Of a DNA stretch of 64,000 bases, positions 8,626 through 16,704 are shown piece after piece. The notes beneath the pieces are model-generated. The model made no database searches. It saw nothing but the letters and a program-made list of their open reading frames with translations, and was not told where the DNA came from. A program made the translations under genes and the position numbers. Numbering within the stretch: position 1 is the stretch's first letter; each line of letters begins with the position of its first letter. Where the stretch lies: the IMG/VR virus record IMGVR_UViG_3300020045_012956, positions 1-64,000 of that record; one strand, written 5' to 3'. Source of the DNA: a virus (Duplodnaviria; Heunggongvirae; Uroviricota; Caudoviricetes).

Positions 8626-8871
8626 TTATTTATCGTATAATTGTTCTGAAACATAAATTGAAATAGCGCAAAATATAACCATAAAAAACAAGTCAGCAAA
8701 GAAAAACCCAATTCTTTGTTCTACATTACTATTTTCATAACTACCAAAAATAAAATGAAATATACCAATTGAAATAAAAATATATCCAATTATACAAGTC
8801 AATACAAAATAAGCCCTTTTTTCTTTTATCTCATTCATTTTACTTATTTCTATAAATGTAAGTTGTATCAT
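8626..8871 (-). CDS. small two-TM membrane protein
   Basis: 81 aa with hydrophobic helices 'YFVLTCIIGYIFISIGIFHFIF' and 'FFFADLFFMVIFCAISIYV'. Confidence 0.35.
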   Translation of the reverse strand: MIQLTFIEISKMNEIKEKRAYFVLTCIIGYIFISIGIFHFIFGSYENSNVEQRIGFFFADLFFMVIFCAISIYVSEQLYDK

Positions 8872-9034
8872 TTCCTATTATCTTAATTTCAGTAGGTTCT
8901 TTTGTTTTTTGATAAACTCCACGATCTCTAAATAATGTATAACTCCAAAGAATAGAAAATAACATTATTACAATTGTTATGACTATTCCAAATCCAAAAC
9001 TAAAACCGTCCATTCCACCACTATTATTACTCAT
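8840..9034 (-). CDS. small membrane protein
   Basis: 64 aa with one hydrophobic helix 'FGFGIVITIVIMLFSILW'. It overlaps its neighbours. Confidence 0.3.
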   Translation of the reverse strand: MSNNSGGMDGFSFGFGIVITIVIMLFSILWSYTLFRDRGVYQKTKEPTEIKIIGNDTTYIYRNK

Positions 9035-9414
9035 ATCAATTCTAAATTATACCATGTTATTAATTTACCCTCAAACGTATTTGGGAAGAATTCTATTAAC
9101 TCATTCCAATTTTCAAAACCATCATTAATTGCAAATTGATTCAAATCATTTTCTTTCTCAATCAATCTAATCATTTCGTTTTTATTCCAAATTTCCACCC
9201 TACCCAAAAAAGGATTTATAAAAATAGTGTGAACACTTTCTACAATTCCATTTCCAAAATAAAACGGGTTTTGAGTTACATTTCGAGGGTTACCCTTCCA
9301 AAAATGTATTTTCATTTCTTTTTTCCACCTATCCTTAACATCATTTCGAATAGTGTGTATTTTAGTTTTGTCTATTATTTTTTTAACAAAACATTCCTTA
9401 AAACTTAAAATCAT
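9031..9414 (-). CDS. ASCH-like domain protein (first gene of the minus-strand island)
   Basis: 127 aa. 'KIHTIRNDVKDRWKKEMKIHFWKG' resembles the ASCH beta-barrel signature. A divergent promoter region lies at 9415-9500. Confidence 0.3.
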   Translation of the reverse strand: MILSFKECFVKKIIDKTKIHTIRNDVKDRWKKEMKIHFWKGNPRNVTQNPFYFGNGIVESVHTIFINPFLGRVEIWNKNEMIRLIEKENDLNQFAINDGFENWNELIEFFPNTFEGKLITWYNLELI

Positions 9415-9501
9415 ATCTTTTTTTTGAGTTGCAAATTAAACAACTATAATTTTAATTTCCAAAAAAATAAAATAAAATATCTATATTTGCAAAAAAAAAG
9501 T

Positions 9502-11313
9502 ATGTTATATATAGTCATAGATGGCAATAGAGTACCCGCAAGCGAACATGAATATCTTAATAATTCTGAAATAACATACAGAATTGAAGATAGTGCAGGA
9601 ACTAAAAGGAGACAAAAGAAAATATCTTATTCTAAACAAATGAGATTTACAGGTGCAACTTATAACTACATCAAAACAAAATTGATAGATCAAAATACTT
9701 ATGTTGCAGGCACAAAACTAATTGCAGAAATATTTGATACTTGTTGCGGTACTGTTAACGGTTCTGATAAACTAGTTTTTACGGGTAAAATTGAGCGTGA
9801 AAATATAGATTGGTGTGAGTTTGATTGTGCAATAACTTGCGATCTTAAAGAGGATAGCATACAAAATGATTTATATAAATGTTTAGAAAATCAATTTGTT
9901 TGGGCAAAGAGTCCCGACGACCCTACGACTGATCCTAATTTTGCAGCTATTCAACACCCTTTTATACGTCATTGTATTGAATTTAGACCGTCAGGCTTAC
10001 AAATATTCTTTTATTTCTTAGCTGTTGTAATATTCTTAGGAGTATTTCCTTTGTTGGTTGTTGTTGGTGCAATTGTAACAGTTTTGAATGTGATTATTTC
10101 TGCTATAAATGTAATAATAGGAATTGTAGGGGGCAATGAATTAGATTTATTTGGAGACGGTGATATTAACTTTTTTGATGACATTAATCAATTTACAAAT
10201 AATGTTGCAAGTGAATTAGTAGGGTGTGGACGTGGTAACCCGTCCCCTTATTTAACCTCTTATTTAGATCATGTTTGTCAAAAATGTGGCTTAACTTGGC
10301 AAAGTGAAACAATATTACAAAAAGACTTTTCTTATCAATTTCCTAATTTAGTAGGTCCATTTCAACCTTATTTAACAACTGCTTTATATTACGTACCAGT
10401 CAAAAAAGGGCGTTATGAATATTTTAGTTTTGATGAAAAAAACAAACCTATTTTAACGGGTGCTACATTGTCAGATTTGATTTGTAATGTATTTAACGGA
10501 CTTTGGCAAATAGATAATAATTCAGTCCTTAGAATTGAACGTAGAGACTATTACGAACAGTTTTATAATATTATTGATGTTTTAGAATTTCCAAAAGGTG
10601 ACATTATTTCACTTTGTTACAATTATTCAGGAGAAAAAACACCCGCTTGTTTTGTTATTGAATATACTAGAGACGGTCAAGATTGGGTAGGTAATGAAGC
10701 TTTATTTCCTTTATATTCTGATACTATTTCATGGAATGAACCCGTTGTTAATTATCCAAATTTTGAAGGTATAAGAAACGAAGTTTTACCAATTGGACCT
10801 GTTAGGTTTAGACAAGATGACATTGAACCCGACGTTTTAACACCTTTTCAGGCCGTATTAGGGGGCATTGTTTCGCTTTTTGGAAGTCCACAAAATGGAA
10901 ATCCTAACTTAACAGATATGCAAAGTAAAATTGTATTGATGCCACAACATCAATTTTCACAATATAAGTTTTTACCTTTAGACCCTCAAGAACCTTACAC
11001 AAATGCTAAAGTTTTGAAACGTGCAGATTCAAACGGATTCAAAGGTTATAACGGTGATATGTGGTTAAGTGCAATTGATAATAATGCAGATCATGGACAT
11101 AACGAAGGTAATTTATATACTCGATTTTGGTACATTGAAGATAGTCGATTAAACGCATTTAAGGGTATAAGTTTTGAATTAAAGCTAAGAAAAACATGTA
11201 AATATATAAATGAAATAACTTTAGAAACGAAAGTACAAACACCTCAAGGTTTAGGTAAAATTGAATCAATAACAGTTGGATTAAGTGAAATTACAATAGA
11301 AGGGAAATTGTAA
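9502..11313 (+). CDS. large virion-associated protein with an internal TM hairpin
   Basis: About 603 aa from the ATG at 9502, directly after a 'TATATTTG' -7 box. Two adjacent hydrophobic helices (FFYFLAVVIFLGVFPLLVVVGAIVTVLNVIISAINVIIGIVGG). A terminator follows. Confidence 0.4.
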   Translation: MLYIVIDGNRVPASEHEYLNNSEITYRIEDSAGTKRRQKKISYSKQMRFTGATYNYIKTKLIDQNTYVAGTKLIAEIFDTCCGTVNGSDKLVFTGKIERENIDWCEFDCAITCDLKEDSIQNDLYKCLENQFVWAKSPDDPTTDPNFAAIQHPFIRHCIEFRPSGLQIFFYFLAVVIFLGVFPLLVVVGAIVTVLNVIISAINVIIGIVGGNELDLFGDGDINFFDDINQFTNNVASELVGCGRGNPSPYLTSYLDHVCQKCGLTWQSETILQKDFSYQFPNLVGPFQPYLTTALYYVPVKKGRYEYFSFDEKNKPILTGATLSDLICNVFNGLWQIDNNSVLRIERRDYYEQFYNIIDVLEFPKGDIISLCYNYSGEKTPACFVIEYTRDGQDWVGNEALFPLYSDTISWNEPVVNYPNFEGIRNEVLPIGPVRFRQDDIEPDVLTPFQAVLGGIVSLFGSPQNGNPNLTDMQSKIVLMPQHQFSQYKFLPLDPQEPYTNAKVLKRADSNGFKGYNGDMWLSAIDNNADHGHNEGNLYTRFWYIEDSRLNAFKGISFELKLRKTCKYINEITLETKVQTPQGLGKIESITVGLSEITIEGKL

Positions 11314-11347
11314 AATATTTTTTTTGTTTATCTAAATTATTTTTTAG

Positions 11348-11355
11348 TATATTTG
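11348..11355 (+). promoter_or_regulatory. -7 box TATATTTG of a late-type promoter
   Basis: Matches Bacteroidetes TAnnTTTG and precedes the hairpin leader of gene 11445. Confidence 0.4.
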
Positions 11356-11368
11356 CAACTTATTAAAT

Positions 11369-11417
11369 GGGAGGAGTCCCAACACTGGCACACAATAGTA
11401 TTGTGTGCTTTTTTTTA
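11369..11417 (+). promoter_or_regulatory. conserved late-leader element copy 2: GGAG-loop hairpin plus terminator-like hairpin
   Basis: Hairpin ggga-ggag-tccc, then gcacacaat-agt-attgtgtgc with T9. Both stems co-vary with copy 1 (aaag/cttt versus ggga/tccc; G-C versus A-T in the second stem). Confidence 0.55.
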
Positions 11418-11444
11418 TTTATTTAATCTTTAATTTTTATAAAA

Positions 11445-12692
11445 ATGGCACAAAATTGCACTCCGGAGTGTGAAATTAAACCTCCAAAAGGAAATAGTGG
11501 AGCATGCGTAAAACAACCACGACAAGGCGGTATTTCTAGACTTGTTATAGCTACTTGTTTAGTTGGTGACTTATCAACAATGACAAGTGAAGAAATTTGC
11601 ACTTTGATTACTTTGGGTAAATTAACAGTTTCGCCTGAATTAATAGCACAAAGACCAGCAGCATCAACAACGGGTAAAAAGTTCAGTTCTGCAAAGCCTG
11701 AACAAATTACTAACTATGAGAATTCAATTACTTTTCAAAGTTATTTGTTAGATGAGGATTACTCAGATTATGACTTTTGGAATGATTTGAAAATTAATGC
11801 AAACTCATATCAATTTGGTTGGTTAGATACAAATGGTTTGTTTTACGGTTGGATTCCAAACGCTGTATTCCAAGTTATGCCCGTTTCGGAAGACTCAAAT
11901 CAAGGTAACCAATATTGGGAAGGTTCTATTAAATGGAATGCAAGCTCAACAACCCCTGAAATTAAACCTATTAGCATTCAAAACTTCTTAAATGATTTAT
12001 TGACTAATTGCGGGGCAACAGAAGGAACATGTGGTCAAATTGCATCTGATTATTCTAGTGGCATTCCTATTTCATTTGCTCAAAGTGGTGTTGCTCAAGA
12101 CTTTGTAATTCCATTATATAACTATCAAAATGCTGTTATTACAACTACTACAATTGCAAATACAACTGTAAACGGTTACACAACAGTAGATTCTAGTATT
12201 TACGGTTTTATTACAGTTTCTGTAACACCTCCTTTGTCGGCTGGTGTAGGTTCTGTAATTGAAACAAGTATTACAATTGATACAGATTGCGCAGGTTCAA
12301 TTACTATTCCTTTGATTATCACTTTAGAGAGTGGAGTAGGTGCGAATGCGTTTAGAATCACGGGCGGTACTTTGTTTGCAGATGGGGAGGTTATTCCAAC
12401 TGTTGAAGTTGATGCAGATTCAAGCTTAACAGATGCAACTGCAATTACAATTACTAGAGGTGGAACATGTACTGATGAAATTGAATTTACAGTTTTAGAA
12501 CAAGAATTGATAGCAGGAACGGGTACAATTGCACCAAGTGTGAACTTTGGAGGTATTGAAGATCCTTTGCTATCAAGTGTATTGAATATCTATACAACTG
12601 GAATTACAGCATTAGGAACTTGGAAATACAAAGTTCAAGCTTCAGGATGTGGAGAAACTTATACTTTCTACTTTAACGTAAAGGTAGTATAA
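11445..12692 (+). CDS. Thr/Ser/Gly-rich structural protein (fibre or receptor-binding candidate)
   Basis: 415 aa with the same leader architecture and ATGGCA start as 4821, and a beta-rich composition. Confidence 0.4.
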   Translation: MAQNCTPECEIKPPKGNSGACVKQPRQGGISRLVIATCLVGDLSTMTSEEICTLITLGKLTVSPELIAQRPAASTTGKKFSSAKPEQITNYENSITFQSYLLDEDYSDYDFWNDLKINANSYQFGWLDTNGLFYGWIPNAVFQVMPVSEDSNQGNQYWEGSIKWNASSTTPEIKPISIQNFLNDLLTNCGATEGTCGQIASDYSSGIPISFAQSGVAQDFVIPLYNYQNAVITTTTIANTTVNGYTTVDSSIYGFITVSVTPPLSAGVGSVIETSITIDTDCAGSITIPLIITLESGVGANAFRITGGTLFADGEVIPTVEVDADSSLTDATAITITRGGTCTDEIEFTVLEQELIAGTGTIAPSVNFGGIEDPLLSSVLNIYTTGITALGTWKYKVQASGCGETYTFYFNVKVV

Positions 12693-12712
12693 CTTTTATT
12701 CATGTTTTTAAG

Positions 12713-12739
12713 AGCTGCTAGAGATAGCAGCTTTTTTTA
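12713..12739 (+). terminator. rho-independent terminator
   Basis: Hairpin agctgcta-gaga-tagcagct followed by 'ttttttt'. Confidence 0.55.
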
Positions 12740-12771
12740 TTTATTTTTGTGTAACTTTGCAAAAAACATGA

Positions 12772-14049
12772 ATGAATTTTAACGTACACAAGGCACAAGC
12801 AAAGTTTTTAACATCAAAGGCAAAAGAAGTTTTTTATATTTCTGGTGTAGGTTCTGGTAAATCTATGAGTTTAGCATTAAAAGCTTATGAGAAATTAGCC
12901 ATTAAGGGTTCAGTAGGGTTAATTTGTGCACCTACAACCAAAACACTTAAAAACTCAACTCTAAAACAGTTTCAAAATGCATGGAATTTGATAGGATTTA
13001 AGCCAAAAGATCACTATGTAATTAATAAAAAACCCCCTGAATTTTGGAACGTTCAACCATTTTCAGAATTAAATAACAACTCAATTTTAACTACAAATTG
13101 GGGTTCGTATGCTATTTTAGACGGTTTGGATAACTTTGATTCGCATCGTGGAATTGAAGTAGATTACATTTTAGTTGATGAGTATAGGGACGTAAAAGAA
13201 GGTGCTAGAGAGGTTTTAGTAAGCCGTTTACGTGGTAAAACATTTAAGAATTTAGGATTACAACAAACTATTCATTATGCAACAACACCCCCAAAAAACC
13301 CTAATTACATAAGAAAAATAGTAAGTAACGAATCTCAAAATATTGAGTTTGTTTTTGGTAATTCTTACGATAATATTAAAAATTTGCCCGCTGGTTATAT
13401 TGAGGCCTTAAAAGAACAATATGATGAAATTACTTTCAGACGTGAGGTAATGGGGGAGCTCATAAGCTTAAATAATAAATTATTTGCATATGCTTTTGAG
13501 TTTGATAAACATTGTGAGTGGTTAATTGCAAATTATAATATGCCAATTTATTTGAGTTTTGACTTTAACGTTAATCCTATGACTTGTATTGCTACTCAAC
13601 GGACACCTAATCAAATTCATGTATTAAAAGAATGGAGATTACCAAATTCAAATATTTACGACATGCTAAATCAAGTAAATAAATATAGCAATAAATTTGC
13701 AAATGTATTTGTAACGGGTGATGCTTCAGGTAATAATAAAAATGCAATGGTACGTGACAATTATACATATTATAAAATAATTGCAAAAGAATTAGAGTTG
13801 GGTAGTGATAATATTAACGTCCCAACATCAAATCCAAAACATGAGAATAGTTTTCAATTAACAAATTCACTATTATTAAAACATGGTAATTTGAAAATTG
13901 ATAAAAGTTGCGTTTGGTTAATTGAGGATTTAGAAATGGTAGGAATTAAAGATGATGGAACTATTGATAAAGAGGATGCAGCAAGGGGGCATTTATTAGA
14001 CTGTTTTAGGTATCAACTTTATACATACGATCGTAATTTTAAGATGTAA
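12772..14049 (+). CDS. terL: terminase large subunit
   Basis: Walker A 'SGVGSGKS' and Walker B 'YILVDE'. The C-terminal nuclease region 'VFVTGDASG' and 'GHLLDCFRY' matches the terminase 'DDxxDAxRY' signature. Confidence 0.7.
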   Translation: MNFNVHKAQAKFLTSKAKEVFYISGVGSGKSMSLALKAYEKLAIKGSVGLICAPTTKTLKNSTLKQFQNAWNLIGFKPKDHYVINKKPPEFWNVQPFSELNNNSILTTNWGSYAILDGLDNFDSHRGIEVDYILVDEYRDVKEGAREVLVSRLRGKTFKNLGLQQTIHYATTPPKNPNYIRKIVSNESQNIEFVFGNSYDNIKNLPAGYIEALKEQYDEITFRREVMGELISLNNKLFAYAFEFDKHCEWLIANYNMPIYLSFDFNVNPMTCIATQRTPNQIHVLKEWRLPNSNIYDMLNQVNKYSNKFANVFVTGDASGNNKNAMVRDNYTYYKIIAKELELGSDNINVPTSNPKHENSFQLTNSLLLKHGNLKIDKSCVWLIEDLEMVGIKDDGTIDKEDAARGHLLDCFRYQLYTYDRNFKM

Positions 14050-14073
14050 AAAATATTTTTAAATTTTTGTATT

Positions 14074-14101
14074 TTGTATTACAAAAGTAATTAACTTTGC
14101 A
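14074..14101 (+). promoter_or_regulatory. early promoter, conserved TTGTATTACA-N10-TAACTTTGCA family
   Basis: The sequence ttgtattacaaaagtaattaactttgca is 28/28 identical to the copy at 51068. Confidence 0.55.
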
Positions 14102-14115
14102 GAAAATAAAGTATT

Positions 14116-14250
14116 ATGGTAGGATTATTTATATTTAATTTAGCATTTAATATATTTGCATATATGTATACAGAATCAGAAAAAACTAAAAGAGTACAAA
14201 TCTTTTTTGCTGGTGTAAATTTAGGTTTAATAATTAGTTTCTTGAAATGA
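14116..14250 (+). CDS. small hydrophobic protein (44 aa), not in the ORF track
   Basis: MVGLFIFNLAFNIFAYMYTESEKTKRVQIFFAGVNLGLIISFLK. It overlaps the next start via ATGA. Confidence 0.25.
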   Translation: MVGLFIFNLAFNIFAYMYTESEKTKRVQIFFAGVNLGLIISFLK

Positions 14251-14645
14251 AAAAAGAATCAATAAAAACAGAAGTAAAGGACGGTTTAATTACTATTAAA
14301 ACAAATTTAACAGGCAAGGTGTTAATTGATATTCAAAACTTGCCATTAAAGCGTTCTGACAGACAAAATCGTTACTATTGGGGTGTTGTTATACCTTTGG
14401 TTAAATCATGCTTAGAATCGGCTGGTTATACCCTTAATTTAGATGATACTCACGAAGTTATTAAACAACAATTTAATAAAAAAGTGATAGTTTCAGAAAA
14501 TGGACATGAAATAACACTTGGACAAAGTACAGCAAAATTAAGTAAAGATGACTTTGCAGTTTTCATAAAAAAAATTGAATCCTTTACAATTGAGAATTTT
14601 AACACTCCATTACCACAACCTTTTGAAAATTACGAAAATGAATAA
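14247..14645 (+). CDS. ninB: NinB/Orf-family recombination mediator
   Basis: 'LKRSDRQNRYYWGVV' and 'ITLGQSTAKLSKDDFAVFIKKIESF' parallel lambda NinB 'RSLDQNRKLWACL' and 'VIGQSTSRMRVGEFAELLELIQAF'. Confidence 0.55.
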   Translation: MKKESIKTEVKDGLITIKTNLTGKVLIDIQNLPLKRSDRQNRYYWGVVIPLVKSCLESAGYTLNLDDTHEVIKQQFNKKVIVSENGHEITLGQSTAKLSKDDFAVFIKKIESFTIENFNTPLPQPFENYENE

Positions 14646-14934
14646 TATAGAAATAGTATCTTTAACATCAAGTATAATTGCAATTATTTGCATTATTTTA
14701 GTTGGTTATTTTGATTATAAAGCTAAATTAAATGAGTATTTAAGGAAATTAGCAAAAGAAGAAAATGTATGGAATGGAGTTGGATTTGAATATTGGATTT
14801 ATATTGTATTATTTTGTTTAGTAATTTGCATAAATTCTTTTTTCTTTTGGCATTCAGTTCCAAGTCCTTGCGAATCTAAAACAGAAATAGTTAAAAGATA
14901 TTTGCATAATCAATTAGAAAACTTAAATAAATAA
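14638..14934 (+). CDS. two-TM membrane protein
   Basis: Start moved to the ATG at 14638, which overlaps the ninB stop. The translation has two hydrophobic helices. Confidence 0.35.
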   Translation: MNNIEIVSLTSSIIAIICIILVGYFDYKAKLNEYLRKLAKEENVWNGVGFEYWIYIVLFCLVICINSFFFWHSVPSPCESKTEIVKRYLHNQLENLNK

Positions 14935-14935
14935 A

Positions 14936-15520
14936 ATGAATATAATTAAAAAAATAATTTCCTTTTTTAAGACTAAGAAAAAAGAAGTTTTTAGCGACCC
15001 AAAACTAAAACTAATTTACGAGTCTAAAAGTGGTGAAAAGTGGTTTACATTTTACGACCCTTTACAAATCCCTTACAAACGTGCAATACAAGCCGAAGCT
15101 ATGACAAGGATGGCAGAATTTAACATCACTAAGGAACGTTTGCAATTATTTATTGATAAATTTACAGAAGCATCCGCAAAAAAGGATTGGATTTTGAATA
15201 ATCACATTTTATATCAATTGCAAGTTAATTTATTAGAGAATGCAGAAGAACAAACTTTAATGAATTTAGCAGCTTGTTATATTGTTGGAGAAAATGAAAA
15301 TCTAAATGACATTTCAAGTCAAGAAATGAAAAGAAAGATTGATTTATGGAGCAAAGACAGTGAATTATGCGCTTTTTTTTTGCAATTTGCGTGGATGTAC
15401 ACCAGACAATATGGCAAGAACTCGAGTTTAGATATCCTGAATTATTTGAAAAAGGTACGAAAAATGCCGTTATACCGTTCAGCTCACGAGATTGGGTACA
15501 AGGATTCTTTAATAAAATAA
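14936..15520 (+). CDS. tail assembly chaperone-like protein (frame-0 product of a candidate -1 frameshift pair)
   Basis: 194 aa, upstream of the tape measure gene. Its 3' third is overlapped by a -1-frame ORF, and a T10 tract at 15373-15382 is read as 'gcT TTT TTT TTg'. Confidence 0.4.
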   Translation: MNIIKKIISFFKTKKKEVFSDPKLKLIYESKSGEKWFTFYDPLQIPYKRAIQAEAMTRMAEFNITKERLQLFIDKFTEASAKKDWILNNHILYQLQVNLLENAEEQTLMNLAACYIVGENENLNDISSQEMKRKIDLWSKDSELCAFFLQFAWMYTRQYGKNSSLDILNYLKKVRKMPLYRSAHEIGYKDSLIK

Positions 15521-15672
15521 ACACTATGAATATGAATAGTGTAAAAATGAGTTTGAGTGAGTTTAACTTATTGGAAAACATGACATTAGGAGAATATTAC
15601 TCAACTATTTACGCTATTTTTGAGATAAACAAAAAAGAAAAAGAAGAATACGACAAATTAAATAAAAAATGA
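15367..15672 (+). CDS. -1-frame ORF overlapping 14936-15520 (candidate frameshift extension, G-T-like)
   Basis: It is in the -1 frame relative to the upstream ORF across a 154-nt overlap that contains the T10 slippery run. A fused product would be about 245 aa. Confidence 0.35.
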   Translation: MRFFFAICVDVHQTIWQELEFRYPELFEKGTKNAVIPFSSRDWVQGFFNKINTMNMNSVKMSLSEFNLLENMTLGEYYSTIYAIFEINKKEKEEYDKLNKK

Positions 15673-16631
15673 GTAAAATAACTGATTTTCATTTCAAACC
15701 GTTAAATGAATACAAATATAATTTAATTGAAAAAAAGATGGACATAAAGTATAGTAAATTCTCTGTTAGAGAAAAAGTAAAAGTAAACGGGTTAAATGCT
15801 ATTATCGAAGCATTTGGAGTTTATAATAATCAATTTTATTACAAATTAGAAGGGTTACCCTTTGATTTTAATGAAAATGAACTATCAAAGATTGATAATG
15901 ATATGATTCATGTAGAAATTGATTTTACAAAAGGTGGTTATACTCCAAATTCAGAATTAACAGATTTTGATAAAAATAAAAAATTAGATTCAATCATTGA
16001 AAAATATGATAAAATTAAACGTGAACAAAATATTAATTTTTATAAAATAGGAGACTTTGTTAAGGTTAAAGGGTACGAAAATGATTTATTTGAAATTATT
16101 GATAAAGATAAAATTAATGGACTTTTTAATCTAAAATCACTTTACACAAACAATAGATTTTTAGATGTTGATGTAAATATTATTTATCATGCAATTGAAT
16201 TTACAAGAGCACTAAAAAAAGTTATTGATAAATCTAAAAATCCAAAAACTCATTTAGATATAAATATTGGTGATTATGTTGAAATTAGCGAAAAATGGGG
16301 ACGTTCAAAAAAACCTCACAAAGTAATTGATATCAAGAAATACGGTTCAGACTACTATTATTATTTAGATGGTAATGATTACGGTTTTAGCAAACATTCA
16401 CTTAGAAAAGTAGCTCAAAATGAAATTCCAACTAAAGAACCTAAATTAAAGTATGAGTTTATTAATTACGAGCCAGAAGTTTATTCATTCATTGCAACTT
16501 GGCAAAAACAACGTGAATTTTATTTAATTGAGACAAAAGGCGGTTCACTTTCTAGAATGGATAAACCCGAATTTGAAGAATATTGCGAAAAAATGGATAA
16601 ATTAGGCATAAAATACAAAATTATAAATTAA
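15669..16631 (+). CDS. protein with three tandem small-domain repeats (possible tail component)
   Basis: Three copies of about 70 aa with the pattern 'VKVxG..I......YYxLxG......L.K'. It lies immediately upstream of the tape measure gene. Confidence 0.35.
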   Translation: MSKITDFHFKPLNEYKYNLIEKKMDIKYSKFSVREKVKVNGLNAIIEAFGVYNNQFYYKLEGLPFDFNENELSKIDNDMIHVEIDFTKGGYTPNSELTDFDKNKKLDSIIEKYDKIKREQNINFYKIGDFVKVKGYENDLFEIIDKDKINGLFNLKSLYTNNRFLDVDVNIIYHAIEFTRALKKVIDKSKNPKTHLDINIGDYVEISEKWGRSKKPHKVIDIKKYGSDYYYYLDGNDYGFSKHSLRKVAQNEIPTKEPKLKYEFINYEPEVYSFIATWQKQREFYLIETKGGSLSRMDKPEFEEYCEKMDKLGIKYKIIN

Positions 16632-16653
16632 AACTTTTCTCATATTATTAAGG

Positions 16654-16679
16654 GCATCTCTTTTGAGGTGCTTTTTTAT
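16654..16679 (+). terminator. rho-independent terminator or attenuator ahead of the tape measure gene
   Basis: Hairpin gcatctc-tttt-gaggtgc followed by 'tttttt', then 'atttatatttgca' (-7 box) and an ATGGCT start. Confidence 0.5.
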
Positions 16680-16704
16680 TTATATTTGCACAAAATTATA
16701 AATC

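Noticed and set aside
12693-12771. Small terminase gene immediately upstream of the large terminase
   Set aside because: The 79-bp gap is occupied by a terminator and a promoter. The upstream 415-aa ORF is Thr/Ser-rich and fibre-like, not small-terminase-like. ORF 24864 (HTH plus poly-N) was considered as a remote small-terminase candidate but has no support beyond an HTH.
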